Assembly (NCBI GenBank): GCA_043804415.1
Contig: JAZDJA010000297.1
Location: 3,911 to 67,910 of the forward strand
Direction: 5' to 3'
Length of the DNA stretch: 64,000 bases
Source: Candidatus Latescibacterota bacterium
GTDB taxonomy: Bacteria; Latescibacterota; 4484-107
Below, in pieces: positions 9,828-19,398 of the stretch. The translations under genes and the position numbers were made by a program. Below the pieces are notes generated by a model, which worked only from the letters and a program-made list of their open reading frames with translations, made no database searches and was not told the DNA's origin. Every line of letters begins with the position of its first letter. Positions within the stretch are counted from its first letter, which is position 1.

Positions 9828-11543
9828 TTACAGCGCGAATTCCTGCTCCATCTCCCGAATCAGCTCGAGGGTTCGTTCCATGATCTCCGTCTGGGGAACT
9901 TTTTGTGTGATGGGACTGTTTCGAGGTTTGATCTCCACGTTTCCCTCCGCAAGCGCGCGAGCGCCGATGGTGATCCGGATGGGAAGCCCCAGAAGATCCG
10001 CGTCCTTAAATTTGACCCCTGCGCGCTCTTCCCGGTCGTCCATTAGGACTTCGACACCGCGTCCCCCTAAGTCCTCGTAGAGTGCCTCGGCCACTTTCAT
10101 CGTGTTCGCATCGCTGACGTTGACCGGGAGGAGGTGCACGTGGTAGGGCGCAATACTGATGGGCCAGACGATCCCGTCCTCATCGGCGCGCTGTTCGATG
10201 ACGGAAGCCGCAATGCGCTCGATGCCGATGCCGTAGCTTCCCATCACCAACGGGCGATCTTCCCCCGCGGCGTCTGAGAACGTGGCACCAATGGCCTCCG
10301 AATAGCGGGTTCCCAGCTTAAAGATATGTCCCACCTCGATGGCGGTCCCAAATGTCAAGACGTTTCCGCATTCCCCACAGGTGTCGCCCTGGGCAGCGGC
10401 TCGTACGTCCGCGAAACGCGTGACCTCGAAATCCCGACCGATCTCAATGCCGGTCTGATGATAATCGTCCTCGTTTGCACCAGTGGTCAGGTTGTGCTGG
10501 CCCCTGAGCCCCTCATCCGCGATGATCTCCACCCCAGAGAGTCCGACCGGACCCACGAAGCCCACATGGGCGCCGGTGAATTTGAGCACCTCATCCGGTT
10601 CTGCGGGTCTGGGCGCAGCTCCCAACACCTTCTCAAGCTTTGCCTCACTGACCGCATAATCCCCCCGAACCAGCACCATTACCGGATTCTCATCGGCCAT
10701 AAAGAGCAGGGATTTCATCAGACCGGACGGACCGATGCCGAGAAGGCTCGAGACCTGGTCGATGGTTTTCGTGCTCGGAGTCGCGACCTTAGAGAGCTCC
10801 CTCTCAGTGCTTCCCACGGGTGAGGAAACGGAAACGGCCACCTCGATGTTCGCCGCGTACCCACACGATTTGCATCGTGCGATCCGATCCTCTCCGGCTT
10901 CAGAGGGGACCATGAATTCCTCCGAGTCGCTGCCGCCCATCAGCCCACTGAAGGCGCGCACGGTCACGAAATCCAGCCCGCATCGCGCCAGAATTCGGTG
11001 GTATGCCTCCCGCTCCTGCGCGTAGCTTTGATCCAGCCCCTCCCGGTCCCGATCGAAGCTATACGCGTCCTTCATCGTAAACTGCCGACCGCGCAACAGC
11101 CCCGAACGAGGCCGGGGCTCGTCCCGGAATTTCATCTGGATCTGGTACCACGTCTGGGGCAGGTCCCGATAGGAACGAATCTCTCCAGCCGCGATCTCCG
11201 AAAAGACCTCCTCGTGGGTGGGTGCCAGCGCCAGATCGGCATTCTTTCGATCCTTCAGACGGAACATATCATCCCCATACTCCGTCCATCGTCCGGTGCG
11301 CTCCCACAGATCGCGCCTGCTCAGGGTGGGCAGAAGAAACTCCTGCGCTCCGATCCGATCCATCTCTTCCCGCACAATGCGCTCGATGTTCCGGAGCACA
11401 CGCCGTCCAAGCGGCAGATAGCAATACACGCCCGCCACGTGCATGCGAATCATCCCGGCGCGCAGCATCAAGCGATGGCTCTTCACCTCCGCTTCGGAGG
11501 GTGTTTCCTTCAACGTGGGTATAAACGCCTTCGACAATCTCAT
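9828..11543 (-). CDS. proS: Proline--tRNA ligase (bacterial type with editing domain)
   Basis: The ATG at 11543 has a GAGGAG ribosome-binding site. The product begins MRLSKAFIPTLKETPSEAEVKSHRLMLRAGMIR... and carries class II aaRS motifs plus the INS editing domain (about 571 aa). Confidence 0.93.
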   Translation of the reverse strand: MRLSKAFIPTLKETPSEAEVKSHRLMLRAGMIRMHVAGVYCYLPLGRRVLRNIERIVREEMDRIGAQEFLLPTLSRRDLWERTGRWTEYGDDMFRLKDRKNADLALAPTHEEVFSEIAAGEIRSYRDLPQTWYQIQMKFRDEPRPRSGLLRGRQFTMKDAYSFDRDREGLDQSYAQEREAYHRILARCGLDFVTVRAFSGLMGGSDSEEFMVPSEAGEDRIARCKSCGYAANIEVAVSVSSPVGSTERELSKVATPSTKTIDQVSSLLGIGPSGLMKSLLFMADENPVMVLVRGDYAVSEAKLEKVLGAAPRPAEPDEVLKFTGAHVGFVGPVGLSGVEIIADEGLRGQHNLTTGANEDDYHQTGIEIGRDFEVTRFADVRAAAQGDTCGECGNVLTFGTAIEVGHIFKLGTRYSEAIGATFSDAAGEDRPLVMGSYGIGIERIAASVIEQRADEDGIVWPISIAPYHVHLLPVNVSDANTMKVAEALYEDLGGRGVEVLMDDREERAGVKFKDADLLGLPIRITIGARALAEGNVEIKPRNSPITQKVPQTEIMERTLELIREMEQEFAL

Positions 11544-11620
11544 GACATCTCCTCGGTTGCCCTGCTGCGATCGGTCCGACTCTTGCGAGCAGGCAGTGGA
11601 GCCGGATTGTTCCGACCGCT

Positions 11621-11666
11621 GGGGAAGGAAAAGACCCCGGGGGATTTCAGATCTCCGAGGTCTTTT
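11621..11666 (-). terminator. Candidate intrinsic, possibly bidirectional, terminator downstream of the MFS transporter gene
   Basis: On the minus-strand RNA the sequence reads AAAAGACCucgg...ccgGGGUCUUUU followed by CCUUCCCC. That is an 8-11 bp stem flanked by an A-tract and a U-tract. Confidence 0.4.
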
Positions 11667-11713
11667 ATCATCATACACCAATTCTGGAATAGTGGAATAC
11701 CTGGAGGCGGGCG

Positions 11714-13024
11714 CTATGCTTTCTTTGGGGCCTTAAGCATAAGCGCCAGCACCGCCGCGAACAGGCAGGCAATTCCGGCGATCACAAACGGCGTGATCCA
11801 TGCGCTCACGTCGCCCCCTTGGGCAGCGTCCTTGAAATGCCCGGCCACCTGGGGCCCCGCAATGCCTGCGACGCCATAGGACAGGAACACCCATCCGTAA
11901 TTGGCGCCCACATTCTTGTTTCCGAAGAAATCGGCGGTTGCAGCGGGGAAGAGTGCAAAGTTGCCCCCGAAGTTGAAGCCGATCAGGCATGCCCCTATGA
12001 TCAATCCCATGGCGCTCGTTCCCAGCCTGAAAAAGAGGAGCATGATGATTCCCTGGGAAAGACAGATCAGAAACAGGGAGCTTTTTCGCCCGATCTCATC
12101 GGAGATGGCGCCCCATGCGATCCGGCCAAGTCCATTGAAGAGGGCATACCATGCCATTGCCGTGCCTGCGATTGTTCCCGCTACAGCGGCACTGGAAGCG
12201 GCGCCACTGGCCTTGAGCGCGTCAATGCCGAACAGGCGGATGCAGTAGATCACCATCAGTCCGGCCAGGCCGGATCCGATAAACATCATAAACAGGATAT
12301 AATACTGCGGAGTCTTTCGCATCTCGGCGCTGGTAAGATCGATAGCTCCCGTGGCCTTGCCCGATTCGGTTTCCTTAGGCGGCTCCCAGCCCTTCGGTTT
12401 GTATCCCGCGGGCGGATTGACCATGACGATGCTTCCCAGAAGGACGAGCACGAGGAAGATTATTCCGTAGATGAAGAAAACGCTCTGCACACCGGGCAGC
12501 CCGAAAACGTGTGTGGTATTGAGCAGGCCGCCAAACCAGCTTCCCGCCAGTTTCACCCACAGCGTCGCGCCGAAACCGAAGCCCGCTACTGCGAGTCCGG
12601 TGATCATGCCTTTTTTGTCTGGAAACCATTTGACCCCTACTGCGATGGGGACGACGTAGGCAAGCCCGGTGCCCACGCCGCCGATGATTCCGATTGAGAG
12701 AAGTTGCGCCACAAACGAGCGGCCGAAGAGACCGCCGAGCATATACCCGACGCCCAGTACGATGCCGCCCGAAATGGCCATCGGCCGGGGACTCACTGTT
12801 GCCTGCATCCTTCCTGCAAGGACCATGACCACCGCAAACGTTGCCAGCACCGCGGAGAAAATCCACGCGGCCTGGGTGGCTGAAAAGCCATATCCGCCAT
12901 CCGTGACAGCAGCCGTTAGGTTTTTCGTGAACACACTCCACGCATAGATGACACCGAGAGAAAGCTGAATGAGCACTGCGCCGATGACTACCAACCACCG
13001 GTTCATGGGATCCTGATCTGACAT
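11714..13024 (-). CDS. MFS transporter (oxalate/formate-antiporter-like family)
   Basis: From the ATG at 13024 the product reads MSDQDPMNRWLVVIGAVLIQLSLGVIYAWSVF... It has 12 predicted transmembrane segments, and the OFA-type N-terminus is recognisable. Confidence 0.8.
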   Translation of the reverse strand: MSDQDPMNRWLVVIGAVLIQLSLGVIYAWSVFTKNLTAAVTDGGYGFSATQAAWIFSAVLATFAVVMVLAGRMQATVSPRPMAISGGIVLGVGYMLGGLFGRSFVAQLLSIGIIGGVGTGLAYVVPIAVGVKWFPDKKGMITGLAVAGFGFGATLWVKLAGSWFGGLLNTTHVFGLPGVQSVFFIYGIIFLVLVLLGSIVMVNPPAGYKPKGWEPPKETESGKATGAIDLTSAEMRKTPQYYILFMMFIGSGLAGLMVIYCIRLFGIDALKASGAASSAAVAGTIAGTAMAWYALFNGLGRIAWGAISDEIGRKSSLFLICLSQGIIMLLFFRLGTSAMGLIIGACLIGFNFGGNFALFPAATADFFGNKNVGANYGWVFLSYGVAGIAGPQVAGHFKDAAQGGDVSAWITPFVIAGIACLFAAVLALMLKAPKKA

Positions 13025-13308
13025 GTCCGTTCGTTTCCCTTGCCAACGCGGTGTTGGATTCTGATCCCGCAAGTCAAGCCTCGGGATTTTGCGATACGAC
13101 TGAATGTTCCGGACTCCGGTCAAACAGCGAGGATGTACCTGCTCGGAAACAATGAGGCTCAGAGAAAGGCAGCAGAAGGGCGTTCCTGTCATCAAACTGC
13201 CCGGAACAACCGAAGTCGATCCGGGCAGTTTTCTCGTTCTATAGGTCCATCTCCCAGTTTTCCATTCAGCCCGCCTGAGAGCCGCTGAATTCTCTCCTAA
13301 GGAGACGA

Positions 13309-15294
13309 TTACTGTCTCTCATGGACCAGCGTATCCACGACGCTCGGATCGGCCAAAGTGCTCGTATCGCCAATCTGGTCCACCGCGTCCTCCGCGATCT
13401 TCCGAAGAATGCGCCGCATGATCTTGCCGGAACGCGTTTTCGGAAGCGCTGGCGCAAACTGGATCTTATCGGGCGCGGCAATGGGACCGATCTCTTTGCG
13501 CACGTGCAGAACCAGTTCCTTGCGCAGCGCATCACTCCCTTCCACGCCGTCGACCAGGGTCACGAACGCGTATAATCCCTGGCCTTTGATCTCGTGGGGC
13601 ATGGGAGCCACTGCGGCCTCGGCCACCTTTTCGTGGCTGACCAATGCGCTTTCGACCTCTGCGGTGCCGATGCGGTGGCCGGACACGTTTACCACGTCGT
13701 CCACCCGGCCCATCAGCCAGAGATCACCGTCCTCATCCACCCGGCAGCCGTCGCCTGTAAAATACAGGTTGTTATACATCGAGAAGTAGGTATCCACGAA
13801 TCGCTCGTGATCGCCCCACATCGTGCGCATCATCCCCGGCCACGGCTTTTTGATGCAAAGCTTGCCGCCCTCGTTCACGGAGCACTCCGTGCCGTCATCG
13901 CGAAGCACCGCCGGTTCCACTCCAAAAAACGGTCGCAGCGCAGCCCCGGGTTTGAGTACATGCGCGCCCGGCAACGGAGTAATCAGCACGCCGCCGGTTT
14001 CGGTCTGCCACCATGTGTCCACGATGGGGATTTTGCCCTTGCCGATGACATTATAGTACCACATCCACGCTTCCGGATTGATCGGCTCGCCCACCGAGCC
14101 CAACACCCTCAGGCTGCTCAGGTCGTACTGATTGGGCCATTGGTCTCCCCGCGCGATCAGCGCCCGGATGGCGGTGGGTGCGGTGTAGAACACGGTGACC
14201 TTGTATTTCTCGACGATCTGCCAGAAGCGGCCCGCATCCGGATAGGTGGGCACGCCCTCAAACATCAAACTGGTGGCTCCGTTGGCCAGCGGTCCGTAAA
14301 CGATGTAACTGTGTCCGGTAACCCATCCGATGTCGGCGGTGCACCAGTAGATGTCGTCATCGTGGATGTCGAAGATATACTTGTGCGTCAGCGTGGTGTG
14401 CAGCAAGTACCCGCCAATCGTGTGCACCACACCCTTGGGTTTGCCCGTGGAGCCCGACGTATAAAGAATAAACAGCGGATCTTCCGCGTTCATTCTCTCC
14501 GGCTCACAAATAGCATCCGCTCTGGCCATCTCATCGTGGTACCATACGTCCCGGCCGTCCTGCATCTCGCAGGTCTCCGCGTTGCGCGCTATGACCACGA
14601 CTTTCTCGATGGAAGGCGTCTTTTCGAGCGCCTCATCAGAGATGTTTTTTAGGTGGATGAATTTCCCTGCGCGCAGGGACACGTTGGAGGTGATCAGCAC
14701 CTTGCAGTTCGAGTCGTTGATCCGGTCCGCCAGTGCGTCCGCGCTGAATCCACCGAATACGATGGAGTGAATGGCCCCGATCCGGGCGCATGCCAACATC
14801 ACGATTGGAAGCTCCAGAATCATCGGCATGTAGATGGCCACCCGGTCGCCCTTCTCCACCCCGTAGGATTTCAGCACATTGGAGAATTTGCAGACCTCGT
14901 GATGTAGGGCTTCGTAGGTGAGCGTTTTCGTTTCTTCCTCGGGCTCTCCCTGCCATACGAGGGCGGGTTTCGTCCGGAGGCGGGTCAAGAGATGCCGGTC
15001 CAGGCAGTTGGACGTGATGTTCAGCTCCCCGTCCTCGAACCACGTATGCTTGACCTTGCGTCCCTGCGTGTCCCATATATATTTACGCGCCACGGAGGGC
15101 GCTCTATACCAGTCCAGCGTATCGGCCTGCTCGAGCCAGAAGCCGTCGGAGTCCTCGATGGAACGTTTGTACATGGTCTTGTACTGCTCGGCGTCAAGGT
15201 GCGCTCTTCTGATCACCTCTTCCGAAGGCGGGAAAGTCCGCTTTTCGGTCATCAGCGAATCGGTTGAGTTGGCTTCTTTTTTCTCAGCAGCCAT
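13309..15294 (-). CDS. acs: Acetyl-CoA synthetase (AMP-forming)
   Basis: The ATG at 15294 is preceded by AAGGAGG. The product contains YTSGSTGKPKG and aligns with the E. coli Acs N-terminus (...QYKTMYKRSIEDSDGFW). Confidence 0.92.
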   Translation of the reverse strand: MAAEKKEANSTDSLMTEKRTFPPSEEVIRRAHLDAEQYKTMYKRSIEDSDGFWLEQADTLDWYRAPSVARKYIWDTQGRKVKHTWFEDGELNITSNCLDRHLLTRLRTKPALVWQGEPEEETKTLTYEALHHEVCKFSNVLKSYGVEKGDRVAIYMPMILELPIVMLACARIGAIHSIVFGGFSADALADRINDSNCKVLITSNVSLRAGKFIHLKNISDEALEKTPSIEKVVVIARNAETCEMQDGRDVWYHDEMARADAICEPERMNAEDPLFILYTSGSTGKPKGVVHTIGGYLLHTTLTHKYIFDIHDDDIYWCTADIGWVTGHSYIVYGPLANGATSLMFEGVPTYPDAGRFWQIVEKYKVTVFYTAPTAIRALIARGDQWPNQYDLSSLRVLGSVGEPINPEAWMWYYNVIGKGKIPIVDTWWQTETGGVLITPLPGAHVLKPGAALRPFFGVEPAVLRDDGTECSVNEGGKLCIKKPWPGMMRTMWGDHERFVDTYFSMYNNLYFTGDGCRVDEDGDLWLMGRVDDVVNVSGHRIGTAEVESALVSHEKVAEAAVAPMPHEIKGQGLYAFVTLVDGVEGSDALRKELVLHVRKEIGPIAAPDKIQFAPALPKTRSGKIMRRILRKIAEDAVDQIGDTSTLADPSVVDTLVHERQ

Positions 15295-15347
15295 TTTCTC
15301 CCTCCTTATGCTATTGGATACAAGTCGCTTGTTCTGTATCCATTCGG

Positions 15348-15707
15348 TTACCACTCCTCGACCATCCTCAGCAACTCGGCCAAGTCCTGCTTCATCCGAT
15401 CGGCGAGACTCGGAGGAGCGATCCAGTCAGAAAGCGGCAGATCCAGCTGCTCTTTCACATATGCCGGATCCTCCCTGAGTTTTTCCTGCACCGTTTCTGC
15501 GGTATAGTGCTTTTCACGCAGCAGGTGCTTTATTAAAAAGACAATCTTGAGATCACGCGCGCGATAGGCCCGATTGCCGGCTCGGTTCTTCTTTGGCTTC
15601 AGCAGGGCAAACGCGTCCTCCCAATATCTTAGGATGTGTGGCCTGACGTCGGTCAACGTCGAAACCTCACCGATTGCGAAGTACTTTTTCTCCAGGATAT
15701 CGCTCAT
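15348..15707 (-). CDS. MerR-family transcriptional regulator
   Basis: From the internal ATG at 15707 the product is MSDILEKKYFAIGEVSTLTDVRPHILRYWEDAF.... That is a MerR-type HTH followed by a coiled-coil, about 119 aa. Confidence 0.75.
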   Translation of the reverse strand: MSDILEKKYFAIGEVSTLTDVRPHILRYWEDAFALLKPKKNRAGNRAYRARDLKIVFLIKHLLREKHYTAETVQEKLREDPAYVKEQLDLPLSDWIAPPSLADRMKQDLAELLRMVEEW

Positions 15708-15819
15708 CGCAAAGCTCCCCTTTGGACCAGCAGCGGAGGTGAGAGTCTGTCTGCCTGAATTGCGCCTCCCCCTCATGGAGAAGGCCCAGATCGGGTAGTG
15801 TGATTCCTCGTGACTTATC

Positions 15820-16827
15820 TCAAGCCCACACCTCCGGCTTGGCATCCCGAACCATTAGATCGAATACCGCATCCTGAGGGGTTTTGCCCTCAAACAGCAC
15901 GCTGTACATCTGATTCGTGATCGGCATTTCCACCTGCAGTTCCTGAGCAAGCCTATAGGTGGACCGCGTAGTGGGCACCCCCTCGGCCACCATGCCGCCC
16001 ATCCTGCCCATCACCTCGTCCAGGCTTTCTCCTTTGCCGATCTTTTCTCCTACGTGGCGGTTGCGGCTGTGCGGACTGATGCACGTGGTAATCAGATCTC
16101 CCATGCCGGACAGGCCCGCAAATGTCTCTGCACAGGCTCCCATGGCCGTGCCCAGGCGGGTGATTTCCGCCGCCCCTCGAGTCAGCAGGGCTCCCTTGGT
16201 ATTGTCCCCGAACCCCAATCCGTCGCATATTCCGGACGCCAGGGCGATCACATTCTTCAGCGCGCCTCCGAGCTCAACGCCCACCAGATCGGAGTTTGTA
16301 TACACCCGAAAGGTGGGCGTCATAAAGGCATCCTGAATTCGTTCTGCCGTGCTCCGATCCTTCGAACCCGCCACCACGGTGGTGGGAATCTTCCGGCTGA
16401 CCTCCTCCGCATGGCTTGGGCCCGAGAGGGTGGCCACTCGCTCCGGGGTCAATCCCCCGATCTCCTCAAGCAACAATTCCGACATACGCTTCAGAGTTTT
16501 GTTTTCGATGCCCTTGGCCACATTGACGACTATGGCGTGCTCCGCGAGCATGGGAGCGGCTTTTCGGGCCACCAGACGCGCAAATTGACACGGAACCGCG
16601 AAAACGACCATGTCCCGATCCGACACCACGTCGGACAAATCGCTGGAGATGAGGACCTGCTTGGGGATCTCCACTCCGGGCAGATAGACCGCATTTTCCC
16701 GCTCTTGGATCATCTGCTGAACCTGATCGGCCTCAAACTGCCATAGTCCCACGTGATGCTCTTTTTCCGCCAACAGAATCGCCAGCGCGGTGCCCCATCC
16801 ACCGGCACCGATCACTCCTATATTCAT
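15820..16827 (-). CDS. gpsA: NAD(P)H-dependent glycerol-3-phosphate dehydrogenase
   Basis: The product starts MNIGVIGAGGWGTALAILLA (Rossmann fold) and contains the GpsA core GALKNVIALASG. Confidence 0.92.
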   Translation of the reverse strand: MNIGVIGAGGWGTALAILLAEKEHHVGLWQFEADQVQQMIQERENAVYLPGVEIPKQVLISSDLSDVVSDRDMVVFAVPCQFARLVARKAAPMLAEHAIVVNVAKGIENKTLKRMSELLLEEIGGLTPERVATLSGPSHAEEVSRKIPTTVVAGSKDRSTAERIQDAFMTPTFRVYTNSDLVGVELGGALKNVIALASGICDGLGFGDNTKGALLTRGAAEITRLGTAMGACAETFAGLSGMGDLITTCISPHSRNRHVGEKIGKGESLDEVMGRMGGMVAEGVPTTRSTYRLAQELQVEMPITNQMYSVLFEGKTPQDAVFDLMVRDAKPEVWA

Positions 16828-16932
16828 CTCTACTCCTTTAAGTTTCGGATAATCTTTGCGGAGGCAGGCAGAAAGGGAAGAACGTGTGAGGAGGAGAAAG
16901 TGGAACGGTTTGAAACTTCGAAGCCCACTTTC

Positions 16933-17577
16933 TCATTTTCCCGCTTTCCCGCCTTCCCGCTTGCCAAAGCGGTTCTCCTCGCCCCGGATCAGGCGTCCGA
17001 TATTGGCGCGATGCCGCAGGATAAGCAGGCCGCCGATCACACAGCCGAAAACGAGCAGGGCGTTGGAGATCTCCGCGTGGAGACCAAATCGTGCGACGAA
17101 AAGCCCGACCGGAAGTGTCAAAGATGCCGCGATTGACCCTGCAGAAACATAGCCCGTCGAGAATGTCACCATGCACCAGACTCCGAGCGCAATCAGAACC
17201 GGGATCGGAGCCAAAGCGACCCATACCCCGCCGGCTGTCATGACCCCTCGCCCCCCCCTGAATCCGGCGAACAGGCTCCAGATGTGTCCCACGACCGCCG
17301 ACATCCCCGCAGCAATCTGCAGAAGCCCCGGATCGAGGTGGGCTTCGCCAACGGAGATTCGGGATACAAAGAGCACGGCTATCGCGCCCTTGCCGCCATC
17401 GACGAGTGCTACCAGGAGGGCTGGCCCCCATCCCATTGTTCGATATACGTTTGTGGCTCCGGCGTTCTTGCTCCCAATCGCCCGAATATCCTTGCCTTTT
17501 GCCCGGCCTACGAGAATGCCTGTAGGGATCGAACCCAGAAGATAACTCAATAGGATTACTGTAACCCAAGTCAGCAT
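16933..17577 (-). CDS. plsY: Glycerol-3-phosphate acyltransferase PlsY
   Basis: From the ATG at 17577 the product is MLTWVTVILLSYLLGSIPTGILVGRAKGKDIRAIGSKNAGATNVYR..., with the canonical PlsY motifs. The ORF-track N-terminal extension to 17769 is not supported. Confidence 0.9.
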   Translation of the reverse strand: MLTWVTVILLSYLLGSIPTGILVGRAKGKDIRAIGSKNAGATNVYRTMGWGPALLVALVDGGKGAIAVLFVSRISVGEAHLDPGLLQIAAGMSAVVGHIWSLFAGFRGGRGVMTAGGVWVALAPIPVLIALGVWCMVTFSTGYVSAGSIAASLTLPVGLFVARFGLHAEISNALLVFGCVIGGLLILRHRANIGRLIRGEENRFGKREGGKAGK

Positions 17578-17838
17578 GAAACGGTCTCCTTGACGCTTTC
17601 TGGGTGGATCAGCGGGAAAAGGGAGTGCTTTTTGTTCGACAGTGCGGCAGTTGTGGACTCTGCTGCCCTCTTGAATCCATGGGCGGTACGGATCAATATA
17701 AAGAAAACTTAGCCTCCTGTCAAGGCTTCTTTTTCCACCCACAGTCGTTCGCAGCCGAGGCACTCCCAAAGTCCCGCCGGGGGGTGGCAGCGGAAGATAG
17801 CGCGGTTGAGGACGATGGCCGAACGGCGATGTGGCAGG

Positions 17839-19167
17839 CTATGTCCGATCTTCCTGTTCGATCCGTCCGTGCATCTTTCCGTTACCCATCCCTGTCAGCC
17901 GAACATGGACGATTCTGCCCATCCACGCATCCTCCCCCCCGGCCAGAATGCGGATGTAATTGTCCGACAGGCCCGTCAAAAGCCCCGTCTTCCGATCCCG
18001 TTTTCCCTCAAAGAGTACGGGCAATGTGTGCCCGACAAACTGCTTAGAGAATGCCCGACGTTTCGCCTCCCCAATCCTCCGAAGCACCGCCGCCCGCTCT
18101 TTTTTCACGTCTTCTCCAACCGGATTGGTCATCCCGGCAGCCTGGGTTCCAGGTCTTCTCGAGAAGGGGAACACGTGTAGATGAGACAGAGGCAACTCTT
18201 CGATCAAGCGCCGGGTGTTCTCAAACTGCGCATCCGACTCCCCAGGGAAGCCCACGATCACATCCGCTCCGAGCGCAATCCCTGGTACACCCTCGCATAG
18301 CTTCAATATTACCTCGCGGTAGGCAGCGCTTGTATAAGGCCGATTCATTCGTTCCAAAATCTCATCGTCACCGCTCTGCAACGGAAGATGCACATGACGG
18401 CATGCCTTCTTCGACTGCGTCAGGAAGTCTATCCACGCAGCAGACAGCTCCGTGCACTCTATGGAACCCAAGCGAAAGCGTTCTAATCCCGGCAACTTTT
18501 CCAGATACTCCATGATGTCCAGCAGATTCGTCACCGGCGAGAGATCGAGGCCATATTGTGCAATATGCACCCCCGTGAGCACGATTTCCCGATAGCCTGC
18601 CTCCACCAGCCGCTCCGCTTCCAGAAACACCCTTTCGGGTGCCCGACTCCGGCTGGGTCCTCGGGCAAACGGAACGATGCAATACGAGCAAAAACGATCG
18701 CATCCATCCTGGATTTTCAGGAGCGCCCGCGTATGCTCGGAATGTCCGCGCACTTCCCATTCAGAAAACCGACCCATGGCTTCTCTCGGGCCAACCACTA
18801 TTTTCGGTCGTCCCTTGACTGCCTGTTCCACCAGATCCGGGAGTTGCGTCTTCTCCGCTGTTCCAACCACGAGTCCCACGCCTTCGATCTCCGCCAGTCG
18901 GTCCGGATCCCTCTGTGCGTAACATCCCGTTGCCACCACCAGCCCGTCCCTGCAGACGCGCACCGCACGTCTGAGTGCCTGCCGACATTGGTAGTCGGTC
19001 CGCTGGGTGACCGAACAGGTGTGCACGACACAAATGTCCGACGGCTCCCCGAACGGGACGATTTTGATGCCCCGTTGCCGGAATGCCTCCCGCATGCCCT
19101 CCGTATCATACTGATTGAGCTTGCAGCCCAAGGTATAGAAGGATATCGTCTTGTTGGATTCGATCAT
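17839..19167 (-). CDS. mtaB: Radical-SAM methylthiotransferase of the MiaB/MtaB/RimO family, most like MtaB
   Basis: From the ATG at 19167 the product is MIESNKTISFYTLGCKLNQYDTEGM.... It has the MTTase N-domain, the radical-SAM CxxxCxxC motif (DGCDRFCSYC) and a TRAM-like C-terminus. Confidence 0.8.
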   Translation of the reverse strand: MIESNKTISFYTLGCKLNQYDTEGMREAFRQRGIKIVPFGEPSDICVVHTCSVTQRTDYQCRQALRRAVRVCRDGLVVATGCYAQRDPDRLAEIEGVGLVVGTAEKTQLPDLVEQAVKGRPKIVVGPREAMGRFSEWEVRGHSEHTRALLKIQDGCDRFCSYCIVPFARGPSRSRAPERVFLEAERLVEAGYREIVLTGVHIAQYGLDLSPVTNLLDIMEYLEKLPGLERFRLGSIECTELSAAWIDFLTQSKKACRHVHLPLQSGDDEILERMNRPYTSAAYREVILKLCEGVPGIALGADVIVGFPGESDAQFENTRRLIEELPLSHLHVFPFSRRPGTQAAGMTNPVGEDVKKERAAVLRRIGEAKRRAFSKQFVGHTLPVLFEGKRDRKTGLLTGLSDNYIRILAGGEDAWMGRIVHVRLTGMGNGKMHGRIEQEDRT

Positions 19168-19398
19168 AGGGGAGTCCCCATGGGGAATATGGATCGGTGC
19201 CCTGAAGAAGCCTGGGGAGGGAAGCAGGAACGCACTCTCGTCGCCCTCGGGAGGACTGTCCCGCACTCCTCCTGGTGGGGAGGGCCGGGAGACTGTGCAA
19301 ATGTTCAGGAAGACTTCTATACGCAGAAAGGCTGAGGAAGAAGAGCCCCCTCAGCCTTTCCATTCCATGCGCTTTTTTCCAGGAAGCGCGGTCCGAGA

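Noticed and set aside
13594-14652. 352 aa plus-strand ORF
   Set aside because: It is antisense to acs, with a His/Arg-rich junk translation.
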